The notes beneath the pieces were generated by a model. The model did no database searches, was not told where the DNA came from, and worked only from the letters and a program-made list of their open reading frames with translations. From an uncultured Bacteroidales bacterium (GTDB taxonomy: Bacteria; Bacteroidota; Bacteroidia; Bacteroidales; UBA1402): 35,350 bases of DNA. Position 1 is the first letter of the stretch, and every line of letters begins with the position of its first letter. Shown piece by piece: positions 1 to 9,758 of the stretch. The position numbers and the translations under genes were made by a program. The stretch is taken from contig CAZFUO010000004.1 of NCBI GenBank assembly GCA_964522065.1, positions 1 through 35,350 on the forward strand, given 5' to 3'.

Positions 1-1690
1 CATGAGCATAATCATTGAATTTTTCACTGATAGGTAATACAACCACTTGATCAGGTGTAAGCCACAATGGGAATTTACCTGCAGTATGTTCAATAAGAAC
101 AGCTACGAACCTCTCCATAGAGCCGAATGGAGCTCTGTGAATCATAATCGGTCTGTGCTTCAGGTTGTCATTACCGGTATATTCAAGATCAAATCTTTCA
201 GGTAAATTGTAATCAACCTGAATAGTTCCAAGCTGCCAACGCCTACCTATAGCATCTTTAACCATGAAGTCAAGCTTAGGGCCATAGAATGCGGCTTCTC
301 CTAATTCAACTCTGGCATTCAGACCTTTTTCCTGGCAAGCTTCAACAATTGCTTTCTCAGCTTTATCCCAGTTTTCATCACTACCAATATATTTTTCTTT
401 ATTTGATGGGTCACGTAGTGAAATCTGTGCCTCAAAGTTATCAAAATCAAGAGCTTTGAAAATTATAAAGATAATATCCATAACCTTTAAGAACTCTTCT
501 TTCAACTGGTCAGGGCGACAGAATATATGAGCATCATCCTGTGTAAAGCTTCTTACACGAGTTAAGCCATGTAGTTCTCCACTTTGTTCATAGCGATAAA
601 CAGTACCAAATTCTGCAAATCTCAAAGGCAAATCTTTATAAGATCTTGGTGCAACTTTGTAGATCTCACAATGGTGAGGGCAATTCATTGGTTTAAGCAA
701 ATATTCTTCGCCCTCTTCAGGTGTATTAATAGGCTGAAAGGAATCCTTGCCATATTTTGCATAGTGGCCTGAAGTTACGTATAATTGTTTGTTACCGATA
801 TGAGGAGTCATTACCTGCTGATAACCGAATTTTCTCTGAATTCTTTTCAGGAAATCTTCAAGTCTGAGACGGAGAGAAGTTCCTCTTGGTAACCACATAG
901 GTAAACCCTTGCCAACCATTTCACTAAACATGAATAGTTCAAGCTCTTTACCTATTTTTCTGTGGTCTCTTTTTTTGGCTTCTTCAAGCAAAACAAGATA
1001 TTCATCAAGCATTTTTTTCTTAGGGAAGGTAACACCGTAAATTCTTGTCATTTGTTTACGCTTTTCATCACCTCTCCAGTAAGCCCCTGCAACGCTAAGT
1101 AGCTTTATAGCTTTTATAGGCTCTGTTGTCTGCAAATGTGGACCACGACATAAATCGGTAAAATCCCCCTGAGAATATGTTGTTATTGAGCCATCTTCAA
1201 GTTCAGAGATTAATTCTGTTTTATATGTTTCACCTCTTTCACCAAAATAACTTAAAGCATCAGTTTTACTGATACTTTTTCTGACAATATCCTGTTTTTT
1301 TGAAGCTAGTTCTGCCATTTTTGCTTCAATTACAGGTAAATCACTTTCCTTAATTGAAGTATCACCAGGGTCTACATCATAATAAAAACCGTTTTCAATA
1401 GCCGGACCTATACCAAACTGAATACCGGGATATAAAATTTGCAAAGCTTCTGCCATTAAGTGAGCTGAAGAATGCCAGAATGCATGTTTCCCCTCAGCGT
1501 CATCCCATTTTAGTAATTTAATACTTGCGTCTGAATTAATAGGACGACCTAAATCGATGGTTTCACCATCAATCGAAGCTGCAAGGCAATCCTGAGCCAG
1601 TCTTGGACTGATTGATTCCGCAACCTGATATGCTGTAGTTCCTGCAGGAAATTCCCTTATGGAACCGTCCGGAAAACTTAGTTTAATCAT
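1..1690 (-). CDS. thrS: threonine--tRNA ligase, N-terminal about 563 codons; the C-terminal end runs off the window
   Basis: The reading frame is open to the window edge, so it is absent from the ORF track. My reverse-complement translation starts at ATG 1688-1690 as [43 protein letters not shown] (TGS-like N-terminus). It contains [33 protein letters not shown] and [13 protein letters not shown], which are typical class II ThrRS core motifs. Confidence 0.95.
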   Translation of the reverse strand, partial: MIKLSFPDGSIREFPAGTTAYQVAESISPRLAQDCLAASIDGETIDLGRPINSDASIKLLKWDDAEGKHAFWHSSAHLMAEALQILYPGIQFGIGPAIENGFYYDVDPGDTSIKESDLPVIEAKMAELASKKQDIVRKSISKTDALSYFGERGETYKTELISELEDGSITTYSQGDFTDLCRGPHLQTTEPIKAIKLLSVAGAYWRGDEKRKQMTRIYGVTFPKKKMLDEYLVLLEEAKKRDHRKIGKELELFMFSEMVGKGLPMWLPRGTSLRLRLEDFLKRIQRKFGYQQVMTPHIGNKQLYVTSGHYAKYGKDSFQPINTPEEGEEYLLKPMNCPHHCEIYKVAPRSYKDLPLRFAEFGTVYRYEQSGELHGLTRVRSFTQDDAHIFCRPDQLKEEFLKVMDIIFIIFKALDFDNFEAQISLRDPSNKEKYIGSDENWDKAEKAIVEACQEKGLNARVELGEAAFYGPKLDFMVKDAIGRRWQLGTIQVDYNLPERFDLEYTGNDNLKHRPIMIHRAPFGSMERFVAVLIEHTAGKFPLWLTPDQVVVLPISEKFNDYAH

Positions 1691-1749
1691 AATAATATTT
1701 TATATAAGCCGACTCACAAAAAAATGATGAGTCTTAAAAAATTAGCATG

Positions 1750-1757
1750 CAAATTTA
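1750..1757 (-). promoter_or_regulatory. putative -7 box TAAATTTG for thrS
   Basis: Exact TAnnTTTG on the minus strand, about 60 nt upstream of the thrS ATG. Its first three bases are the mfd stop codon. Confidence 0.35.
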
Positions 1758-4700
1758 AAGCATTAATTTGAGTTGAACAAGTGCATTATCTATGTTTTCT
1801 ATGTTTTCAATAACCATAGATCTTTTACCGTTTTGCTCCCTCAATTTAGTCCTTTTTATATTGTTTCTTAAATATTCCAAAATATTGTCAAACGTTTTAG
1901 ATTTGTAAAAGGCAGACATTGGATTATTTACAAAATAGCAAATCATCTGATTGTTTTTTAGTACAATTTTTTCCATACCAAGAGACTTTGCAATTCTTCT
2001 TAGCCTGATAACTTCAATAAGTCTTGATGCAACCTCTGGAATGGGACCGAATCTGTCTGTCATTCTGTTTTCGAAAGCAATAATTTCTGCTTCAGTCTCA
2101 AGATTGTCCATCTCTCTGTAAAGTTGCATTCTTTCTGAAGAGCCAGGTACCCACGAGTCAGGGAACATCATTTCCATGTCCGATTCAACAGTACAATCAG
2201 AAACATAAGTATGTGAACCATCCCTGTTTGAGATTTGCTCTTCAGAATACAAATCTGAAAACTCTTCATCCTTTAATTCCTGTACAGCCTCACCCAGTAT
2301 TTTTTGATAAGTTTCATAACCCAAATCTGCAATGAAACCGCTTTGCTCAGCACCGAGCATATTACCTGCACCTCTTATATCTAAGTCCTGCATCGAAATA
2401 TTAAAACCACTACCAAGATCAGAGAAATTTTCTATCGCCTGCAATCTTCTGCGGGCTTCAGGAGTAAGAGTATTTAAAGGTGGAGCTAAAAGATAGCAGT
2501 ATGCCTTTTTGTTTCCCCTTCCAACTCTTCCTCTTAGTTGATGCAAATCACTTAAGCCAAATTGATGGGCATTGTTTACAATTATAGTATTAGCATTAGG
2601 AATGTCAATGCCAGACTCTATTATTGTTGTACAAATCAATACATCAAACTCATACTCCATAAAGTCTATAATAATCTTCTCAAGTTTATCACCATCCATT
2701 TGCCCGTGAGCAGTAGCGGTTCTGACTCCAGGAACACATTTTCTTACCATAAACTCCAGCTCTTCAAGACTTTGAATTCTGTTATTTATAATAAAAACCT
2801 GGCCTCCTCTACCTAATTCAAACTCTATTGCCTCCTTTAATAAATCTTCATTAAGTGTATATACTTCAGTCTGAATAGGGTATCTGTTTGGTGGAGGGGT
2901 AGAAATTGTACTTAAATCTCTTGCACCCATAAGGGAGAATTGCAGGGTTCTGGGTATTGGTGTTGCCGTTAATGTCAGGGTATCAACATTAGTTTTCATT
3001 TGTCTGAGCTTTTCTTTTACGCTCACCCCAAATTTTTGTTCTTCGTCAATAACCAACAATCCAAGATCTTTAAACTGAATACTTTTACCTGTAAGTTTAT
3101 GAGTGCCAATTAGAATGTCAATCTTGCCATTCTTCAGCTCCTCCAGTATTCTAGTTGTATCTGCACCAGATCTCGATCTGCTAATATAGTCAACTGTACA
3201 GGGGAATTTATCAAGCCTCTTTTTAAAAGTCTTGTAATGTTGCATTGCAAGTACAGTTGTCGGAACCAAAACCGCAACCTGTTTATTATCTGTAACAGCT
3301 TTAAATGCAGCTCTTATAGCTACCTCAGTCTTACCGAAACCTACATCACCGCAAATAAGTCTGTCCATCGGTTTGCTGTTTTCCATATCTTCTTTTATGT
3401 CCGATGTAGCTTTAAGCTGATCTGGAGTATCTTCATAAATAAATGAGGCCTCAAGCTCTTGCTGCAAATAACTATCAGGACTAAATGCAAAACCTTCTTC
3501 TTCTTTTCTTTTAGAATAAAGTAAAATAAGCTCTCTTGCAATGTCCTTTACTTTCTTTTTAGTTTTCTCTTTAAGAGTTGTCCATGAAGAGCTGCCAAGT
3601 TTATTAATCTTTGGCTCACTGCCTTCTTTTCCTTTATATTTTGAAATTCTGTGCAGGCTGTGAATGCTTACAAACAAGGTATCATCATCCTTGTAAATAA
3701 TTTTAATTACTTCCTGCATTTTGCCATTTATTTCGGTTCTGAACAAACCTCCAAATCGTCCTACACCATAATCTATATGTACTACATAATCTCCAAACTG
3801 AAATTGTACAAGTTCTTTTAATGTAAGTGCAAGCTTGCCGTTTTTTGCCTTATCAGATCTTAAATTGTATTTGTGATATCTTTCAAATATTTGGTGGTCG
3901 GTAAAACATGCTATTTTTTGCTCATGGTCAATAAAGCCTTCATGCAAAGTCTTTTCAACCGGAATAAAATCGATATGTTCTTCTCTGTCTTCAAATATTG
4001 CTTTTAATCTCTCAATTTGCTTTGTACTATCACTTAAAATGTAAAGTTCATAACCTTCACTTCTGTATTTTTGAAAAGTCTGACTTACAAAATCAAAATT
4101 TTTGCCAAAAATATCCTGAGGTGAAGTATTAAATTTCAAAACCGCATTCTCAGACCTTACCGATCTTTTACCGTACTCAATCCATCTGAAATCTAACGCT
4201 TCCCTTTTAAAACTTTCAGAATCAGTAAGATTAATCAATGGTGTATTGCTTGTATCGACAGAAATCTGATCTAACTTCGAAACCGCATAACCAAAATCAT
4301 TGAAACATAAAACAGACTTTTTATCAAGCCAGGAAATAAAAGAAACCTTCTCTACTTCAAGACTTTCTGTATATGGGATAATTCTTATTTTTTCAATTTT
4401 GCTCTTAGAAAGCTGGTTTTCAATTTCAAAAGTTCTTATACTTTCAACTTCATCACCAAAAAAATCTATTCTGTATGGTAATTCGTTACTCCACGAATAA
4501 ACATCAATCAAACTACCCCTAACGCTAAACTGCCCAGGTTCGTAAACATAATCAACCCTTTCAAAACCAAATTCCGTGAGAAGTTCAATAACAAAAGATG
4601 TGTCAATCTTTTCACCTGTATTAATTTCAAGAGTTTTATCACTTAATTCATCTCTGGGTATAACCTTTTCCAGCAATCCTTCAGGATAGGTTACTATAAT

Positions 4701-5054
4701 ACTTTGATTTTCATTTCTTAAAGCATTGAGAGCTTCAGTTCTGAGTATAGAATTTCCAGGGTCGTTTCTACCATATTTTAATGACCTTCTAAATCCGGGA
4801 GGATAAAAAAATACAACTTCATTGCCAATCAATTGTACCAAGTCCTGATACATATATCCAGCAGACTCCTCATCATCGGCAACAATGACAAAATTTTCAA
4901 TATAATCTGAGCTTAAGGCTGCCAGACATATACTTGTAGAAGAACCATTTAAACCACTTAACCAAAGGTTAGTTTCAGATTCTGACAATAGCTTTAAACC
5001 CGCTTTTAACTGCGGGTGCTTTTTGTAGAGCTGAATTAATGAATGTATTTCCAA
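1755..5054 (-). CDS. mfd: transcription-repair coupling factor Mfd
   Basis: 1099-aa ORF. It has the Walker A motif GDVGFGKTEVAIRAAF, the DEEQKFGV helicase motif II, and a CarD-like region (GDYVVHIDYGVGRF). The only canonical start in the open frame is TTG (complement of 5052-5054), because an in-frame TAG lies 24 nt upstream. Confidence 0.95.
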   Translation of the reverse strand: MEIHSLIQLYKKHPQLKAGLKLLSESETNLWLSGLNGSSTSICLAALSSDYIENFVIVADDEESAGYMYQDLVQLIGNEVVFFYPPGFRRSLKYGRNDPGNSILRTEALNALRNENQSIIVTYPEGLLEKVIPRDELSDKTLEINTGEKIDTSFVIELLTEFGFERVDYVYEPGQFSVRGSLIDVYSWSNELPYRIDFFGDEVESIRTFEIENQLSKSKIEKIRIIPYTESLEVEKVSFISWLDKKSVLCFNDFGYAVSKLDQISVDTSNTPLINLTDSESFKREALDFRWIEYGKRSVRSENAVLKFNTSPQDIFGKNFDFVSQTFQKYRSEGYELYILSDSTKQIERLKAIFEDREEHIDFIPVEKTLHEGFIDHEQKIACFTDHQIFERYHKYNLRSDKAKNGKLALTLKELVQFQFGDYVVHIDYGVGRFGGLFRTEINGKMQEVIKIIYKDDDTLFVSIHSLHRISKYKGKEGSEPKINKLGSSSWTTLKEKTKKKVKDIARELILLYSKRKEEEGFAFSPDSYLQQELEASFIYEDTPDQLKATSDIKEDMENSKPMDRLICGDVGFGKTEVAIRAAFKAVTDNKQVAVLVPTTVLAMQHYKTFKKRLDKFPCTVDYISRSRSGADTTRILEELKNGKIDILIGTHKLTGKSIQFKDLGLLVIDEEQKFGVSVKEKLRQMKTNVDTLTLTATPIPRTLQFSLMGARDLSTISTPPPNRYPIQTEVYTLNEDLLKEAIEFELGRGGQVFIINNRIQSLEELEFMVRKCVPGVRTATAHGQMDGDKLEKIIIDFMEYEFDVLICTTIIESGIDIPNANTIIVNNAHQFGLSDLHQLRGRVGRGNKKAYCYLLAPPLNTLTPEARRRLQAIENFSDLGSGFNISMQDLDIRGAGNMLGAEQSGFIADLGYETYQKILGEAVQELKDEEFSDLYSEEQISNRDGSHTYVSDCTVESDMEMMFPDSWVPGSSERMQLYREMDNLETEAEIIAFENRMTDRFGPIPEVASRLIEVIRLRRIAKSLGMEKIVLKNNQMICYFVNNPMSAFYKSKTFDNILEYLRNNIKRTKLREQNGKRSMVIENIENIDNALVQLKLML

Positions 5055-5086
5055 ACTCTGAATTTCTAATAAATACTAAAACGCCC

Positions 5087-5094
5087 CAAAAGTA
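5087..5094 (-). promoter_or_regulatory. putative -7 box TACTTTTG for mfd
   Basis: Exact TAnnTTTG, about 33 nt upstream of the mfd TTG start. Confidence 0.45.
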
Positions 5095-5117
5095 TAAAAA
5101 ATAGCAAATAAAAGTCC

Positions 5118-5125
5118 TATATTTG
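5118..5125 (+). promoter_or_regulatory. putative -7 box TATATTTG for the GT2-pyrC unit
   Basis: Exact TAnnTTTG, about 25 nt upstream of ATG 5150. Confidence 0.5.
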
Positions 5126-5149
5126 ACATCATTTTTAAACTCATCAGAT

Positions 5150-5893
5150 ATGACCTCCGATTCAGTAGTGATAATTCCGACTTACAATGAAAAAGAAAAT
5201 ATAGAATTGATAATAAGAGCGGTTTTTGATTTACCAAAAGCATTTGATATTCTTATAGTTGATGATGGTTCACCAGACGGAACCGCTGATATTGTCAGAC
5301 AGCTGCAAAAAGAGTTTAAAGGCAGCCTGCACATGGTTGAGCGTAAAGGAAAACTCGGATTGGGTACTGCTTATATCAGAGGATTCCAGTGGTCTCTTGA
5401 GCAGGGATATGACTATATCTTTGAAATGGATGCAGATTTTTCTCATCCTCCAAAAGATTTATTAAGATTATATGATGCATGCAGTTTGGATGGTGCAGAT
5501 CTTGCTATCGGTTCAAGATATGTAAATAACGTTGTAAATGTTGTTAACTGGCCTATAGGGAGAGTTCTTATGTCTTATTTTGCCTCTATATATGTAAGAC
5601 TTGTGACTGGTTTAAAAATATTTGATACTACAGCCGGATTTAAGTGTTACACTAAAAAAGTACTTCAAACAATTGAGCTCGATAAAGTAATGTTTAAAGG
5701 CTATGCATTTCAAATAGAAATGAAATTTACTGCCTGGAAATGTGGCTTTACTATAAAAGAAGTGCCTATTGTCTTTTCTAACAGAGAGTTGGGGGTATCA
5801 AAAATGAACGGTGGTATTTTTAACGAGGCTGTTGTAGGTGTTGTTAAATTAAAATGGAGCAGTTTATTCAGAAAGTATCCACAAAAACCCTGA
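5150..5893 (+). CDS. GT2-family polyprenyl/dolichyl-phosphate mannosyltransferase-like glycosyltransferase
   Basis: It has the motifs VVIIPTYNEKENI ... VDDGSPDGT ... EMDADFSHPP, typical of Dpm1/Ppm1-like GT2 enzymes. I place the start at ATG 5150, because the ORF-track TTG at 5123 lies inside the putative -7 box at 5118-5125. Confidence 0.85.
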   Translation: MTSDSVVIIPTYNEKENIELIIRAVFDLPKAFDILIVDDGSPDGTADIVRQLQKEFKGSLHMVERKGKLGLGTAYIRGFQWSLEQGYDYIFEMDADFSHPPKDLLRLYDACSLDGADLAIGSRYVNNVVNVVNWPIGRVLMSYFASIYVRLVTGLKIFDTTAGFKCYTKKVLQTIELDKVMFKGYAFQIEMKFTAWKCGFTIKEVPIVFSNRELGVSKMNGGIFNEAVVGVVKLKWSSLFRKYPQKP

Positions 5894-5896
5894 TTT

Positions 5897-7243
5897 ATGC
5901 AGTCTAAAACTCTTATAAAAAACGCTACTATAGTTAACGAGGGTAGATCTTACCGCGGTTCCGTATTGATTGAAAAGGATATTATTGAAGCTGTTTTTGA
6001 AGATGGTATTCCTGAGAATGTAATAAACGAAAGCAAAATAATTGATGCTGAGGGTTTGTGGCTAATACCGGGAGTCATAGATGATCATGTGCATTTCAGG
6101 CAGCCAGGACTAACTCATAAAGCAGATCTTAATACCGAATCGAGAGCTGCCATTGCCGGTGGAGTTACTTCTTTTATGGAGATGCCAAATACCCAACCAC
6201 AAACTACTTCAAATGTAATATGGGAGGATAAAATGTTGTTAGCTGAGAAATACTCTATAGCTAATTATTCTTTTTATCTGGGAGCTACCAACGAGAATAT
6301 TAGTGAAATCGAAAATGCTGATTTCAAAAGGATTCCAGGCGTTAAGGTTTTTATGGGCTCTTCAACCGGAAATATGCTTGTTGACAATGAAAAAATATTA
6401 AAGGATATTTTCAGAATTGTTCCTGGTGTTGTGGCTGTTCATGCTGAATCTGAGGGCATAATAAAAGCAAACAAGTCAAGGTTTATGTCAGATCCCGCAT
6501 GTGATTTGTCAATAAAATATCATCCATTAATAAGAAGTGCAGAAGCTTGTTATGAATCAACAGCAAGAGCAGTTGAGCTTGCAGCCGATTTTAATACCAG
6601 ACTGCATGTATTGCATCTCAGTACAAAAAAAGAACTGCAATTATTTGAGAATAAACCTCTGAAGGATAAGAATATAACATGCGAAGCTTGTGTTTTGCAT
6701 TTATGGTTTGACGACAGAGATTACGAAAAATACGGAAACAGCATAAAATGTAATCCTGCAGTAAAAACATTAGATGATAAAATGGCTTTGATTAAAGCTG
6801 TTAATGAGGGTTTGGTTGATGTAATAGCTACAGATCATGCTCCTCATCTTATTTCTGAAAAACAAGGCGATTGCCTTACAGCAGCTTCAGGAGCACCTTC
6901 AATTCAATTTTCTCTTGTGGCTATTCTTGAAATGGTAAAAAGGGGAGAGTTCAGTATTGAAAATGCTATTGAAAAGATGTGCCATGCGCCTGCAACTTTA
7001 TACCGAATTGAAAAAAGAGGATTTATAAAGGAAGGTTATTTTGCAGATTTGGTGCTGGTCGATCGTAATAGTGAATGGTTGGTTGAAAAGGAGATAATTC
7101 AGTCTAAATGCGGATGGTCTCCGTTTGAAGGTGAAAAGTTTTCATCTAAAATAAAAACCACCATCCTGAATGGTCAAATTGTATATCAGGATGGTGTATT
7201 TTATGACTGTAAAGCTTCTGTAGGTCTCGCTTTCAATAATTAA
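5897..7243 (+). CDS. pyrC: dihydroorotase (type I cyclic amidohydrolase)
   Basis: 448-aa ORF. It has the metal-ligand motifs DDHVHFRQPG, KVFMGSSTG (candidate carboxylated Lys) and VIATDHAPH. It starts 3 nt after the GT2 stop codon. Confidence 0.85.
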   Translation: MQSKTLIKNATIVNEGRSYRGSVLIEKDIIEAVFEDGIPENVINESKIIDAEGLWLIPGVIDDHVHFRQPGLTHKADLNTESRAAIAGGVTSFMEMPNTQPQTTSNVIWEDKMLLAEKYSIANYSFYLGATNENISEIENADFKRIPGVKVFMGSSTGNMLVDNEKILKDIFRIVPGVVAVHAESEGIIKANKSRFMSDPACDLSIKYHPLIRSAEACYESTARAVELAADFNTRLHVLHLSTKKELQLFENKPLKDKNITCEACVLHLWFDDRDYEKYGNSIKCNPAVKTLDDKMALIKAVNEGLVDVIATDHAPHLISEKQGDCLTAASGAPSIQFSLVAILEMVKRGEFSIENAIEKMCHAPATLYRIEKRGFIKEGYFADLVLVDRNSEWLVEKEIIQSKCGWSPFEGEKFSSKIKTTILNGQIVYQDGVFYDCKASVGLAFNN

Positions 7244-9651
7244 TTTACATCTACTTCAACTGTAGTGTCTTCCAGCCAGGGAGAAGTAAATCTTATTGTT
7301 GATTTTCCTGTAATTCCTGTAGATTGAACATAAACTACCAACTTACCCTGGTATGCTCTGTGGCTGTTGTCTTTGTAGTCAGTCATATCTGACATATTTG
7401 AACCCTCCATTCCAATAACTTTTACTTTGCCGTCGGTAAGGCAATTTATCATGTTATCAGCCATGATTACATGTATTCCATTTTCGTCAACTATTTGTAA
7501 TTCTATTATTGATACACTTCCGTCTTTCTGAATTTTGTTATTAATTACTTTCGCTTTAATTGCGTTTGGCTTTTTACTGGTATTTATTTCAAATTTTGCA
7601 ACTTCTTTATCATCATTAAAACCTAAGACTTCAAGTTTTCCTGGTTTGTATGGAACATCCCAGTAAATAATGCCGGTATTGTCGTCATATTTTTTAATAT
7701 CACCTTCCTGCACACCGTTTATAAGCAATTTAGCGGTTTTACAATTAGTATAGCATAAAACTCTGACTGTTTGTCCATCTCTGTAATTCCACAAAGGCAT
7801 AGCATCCATACTCAGGTTGCCACGACCTCTCGAAACAATCTGTGTTCCTGCATAAATCATAGGCTTTTCAGACCATAAACTCATTCTGAAAAATGCCCGC
7901 GGTTTCATAAGACTACCAATATCAAGTAAACCAGAACCAAAACCTCTTGAAGGCCATCTGTATGATTCGCCCAGGTAGTCAATACCTGTCCATAGAAATT
8001 GTCCGAAAATATATTTATAATCTCTTACATATTTCCATGCATCATATCCGTGTCCATTTTCACTGCCGTAAAGAACTCTTTGAGGATACTTTTTGTGGTC
8101 CATTTCATATCTGCTTTCAGTATAATTATAACCTGCAACGTCGAGAGCACCCGGATATTCGGTTTCGTTTGACATTATCGGGCCGGCAAGACCAGCAGTG
8201 ACAGGGCGGGAGGGGTCATATTTTTTTACAACAGCTGCTAATCTCTTTGCAATACCCCCCAATCTTTCAGCATTTGGTTTATCAGGTTGATAACCAGCCT
8301 GATGTTGTTGTTGAATTCCTTCTTTGTTCAAAATAGGGTGTGAATATGGATCGTTAGGATAATCTACTTCATTTCCTATACTCCACATAAAAACAGATGG
8401 ATGATTTCTGTCTCTTAAAATCATGTCTTTTAAGTCTGTTTCTCCCCACTCATTAAAAAATTCAGAGTGACCGTCAAAAGTCGGGGTTCCGGCATTCCAT
8501 CCTTCTACCCACTTCTTTTTTGGATATTCCCATTCATCAAAAGCTTCATTCATAACCAATAGGCCTAATTCATCACAAAGCTCATATAATACAGGTGCCT
8601 GAGGATTATGACTTGTCCTTATTGCATTACATCCAATTTCTTTTAATCTTTCAAGTCTTAATTTCCAAACTTCTTTCGGAACCGCTGAACCCAGACATCC
8701 GGCATCATGATGCAGACATACTCCTTTGACTTTCATATTTTTACCATTTAAGCTGAATCCATTGTCCGGGTCAAAACTTAATGATCTTATACCAATTGTG
8801 GTAGTCGTCTGATCGATGACTTCATTTTTATTTTTAATTATTGTTCTTACGTAGTACAGATTTGGAGTATCTACAGACCATAATCCAGGATTGTTTATTT
8901 TCAATAATCCGGTAACATCCGATTTGCTATTTGCTTTAATGCATAACTTTGAGCTGATTTTATTAATAATTTTGTTATTCTTGTCAATTAACTCGTTAAC
9001 TACAATAACGTTTTCGTCTTTTGAACTCTTATTCACAACTGAAATAGTTGCCTTAATAACTGATTTTTTCTCTGAAACTTCGGGTGTTGTTATATAGACT
9101 CCCCATTGATCAATATGAACAGCATTTGCTTTTACAAGATAAACATCTCTGTAAATACCAGATCCGGAATACCATCTGGTATCGTTATATTTGCTGTGGT
9201 CAACTCTTACAGCAATAATATTTTTACCTGTTTTAATAAAAGGAGTGAGGTCATACATGTAAGAAATATAACCTTCCGGTCTCATACCAAGAGATTTTCC
9301 GTTTATATAAACTTCGCCGTCTCTGTAAACTCCTTCAAAATAAATATAAATTCTTTTTAATAAGTCATTTTGATCTAATTCAAAAGATTTTCTGTACCAT
9401 GCAATGCCTCCGGGAAGATATCCGTTTGCACTTGCCAGCGAAGGACTTAGTGGGCCCTCAACGCTCCAGTCGTGTGGTAAATTTATATCTCTCCATCTTG
9501 AATCATTAAAAGCATCAGAAGGTGCATCTTTAAAATCGCCTTTACTGAATTTCCAGTTTTGATTAAAGAGACCGGCATTTCCGAATGAAACCTGTCCGGA
9601 AATGCAAATTGCTAAAACTGCAAATACAAATAATATAAGTAGTTTTCTCAT
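7240..9651 (-). CDS. secreted glycoside hydrolase family 2 (beta-galactosidase/beta-glucuronidase-like)
   Basis: 803-aa ORF with an N-terminal signal peptide (MRKLLILFVFAVLAICISGQ). It has the GH2 sugar-binding region, NHPSVFMWSIGNE (acid/base Glu) and YGSENGHG (candidate nucleophile region). Confidence 0.9.
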   Translation of the reverse strand: MRKLLILFVFAVLAICISGQVSFGNAGLFNQNWKFSKGDFKDAPSDAFNDSRWRDINLPHDWSVEGPLSPSLASANGYLPGGIAWYRKSFELDQNDLLKRIYIYFEGVYRDGEVYINGKSLGMRPEGYISYMYDLTPFIKTGKNIIAVRVDHSKYNDTRWYSGSGIYRDVYLVKANAVHIDQWGVYITTPEVSEKKSVIKATISVVNKSSKDENVIVVNELIDKNNKIINKISSKLCIKANSKSDVTGLLKINNPGLWSVDTPNLYYVRTIIKNKNEVIDQTTTTIGIRSLSFDPDNGFSLNGKNMKVKGVCLHHDAGCLGSAVPKEVWKLRLERLKEIGCNAIRTSHNPQAPVLYELCDELGLLVMNEAFDEWEYPKKKWVEGWNAGTPTFDGHSEFFNEWGETDLKDMILRDRNHPSVFMWSIGNEVDYPNDPYSHPILNKEGIQQQHQAGYQPDKPNAERLGGIAKRLAAVVKKYDPSRPVTAGLAGPIMSNETEYPGALDVAGYNYTESRYEMDHKKYPQRVLYGSENGHGYDAWKYVRDYKYIFGQFLWTGIDYLGESYRWPSRGFGSGLLDIGSLMKPRAFFRMSLWSEKPMIYAGTQIVSRGRGNLSMDAMPLWNYRDGQTVRVLCYTNCKTAKLLINGVQEGDIKKYDDNTGIIYWDVPYKPGKLEVLGFNDDKEVAKFEINTSKKPNAIKAKVINNKIQKDGSVSIIELQIVDENGIHVIMADNMINCLTDGKVKVIGMEGSNMSDMTDYKDNSHRAYQGKLVVYVQSTGITGKSTIRFTSPWLEDTTVEVDVN

Positions 9652-9687
9652 GGTATATAATTAAAAGGTTAATATCAAACACTTTGA

Positions 9688-9695
9688 CAAATATA
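9688..9695 (-). promoter_or_regulatory. putative -7 box TATATTTG for the GH2 gene
   Basis: Exact TAnnTTTG, about 37 nt upstream of ATG 9651 and immediately downstream of the yidC terminator on the minus strand. Confidence 0.45.
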
Positions 9696-9698
9696 ACT

Positions 9699-9752
9699 AA
9701 AAAAAAAGGCTGTCTCAAAATTGAATGAGACAGCCCCTTTTTCAAAAAAAAA
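9699..9752 (-). terminator. bidirectional-looking rho-independent terminator downstream of yidC
   Basis: A perfect 10-bp stem, GGCTGTCTCA (9708-9717) / TGAGACAGCC (9726-9735), encloses an 8-nt loop. On the plus strand it is flanked by A9 (9699-9707) and by CCTTTTTC plus A9. On the minus strand the stem is followed by T9, and it begins 23 nt after the yidC stop. Confidence 0.85.
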
Positions 9753-9758
9753 TATATG

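Noticed and set aside
1711-1733. The hairpin GACTCA...TGAGTC as an mfd terminator.
   Set aside because: On the minus strand the T run is in the loop, not after the stem, and the stem is only 6 bp. It is not a convincing intrinsic terminator, so I report it only as part of the thrS leader.
5521-5550. A short imperfect tandem repeat, GTTGTAAATGTTGTTAAC, encoding NNVVNVVNW in the GT2 gene.
   Set aside because: It is only about two units and is in-frame within a conserved enzyme, so it is most likely incidental.
5897-7243. Whether the pyrC-like gene, 3 nt downstream of a GT2 glycosyltransferase, is really a sugar or lipid deacylase rather than dihydroorotase.
   Set aside because: The metal-ligand motifs (DDHVHFRQPG, KVFMG, ATDHAPH) and the length match type I dihydroorotases closely. 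Adjacency alone is weak evidence. Confirming that no other pyrC exists would need genome-wide data that I do not have.
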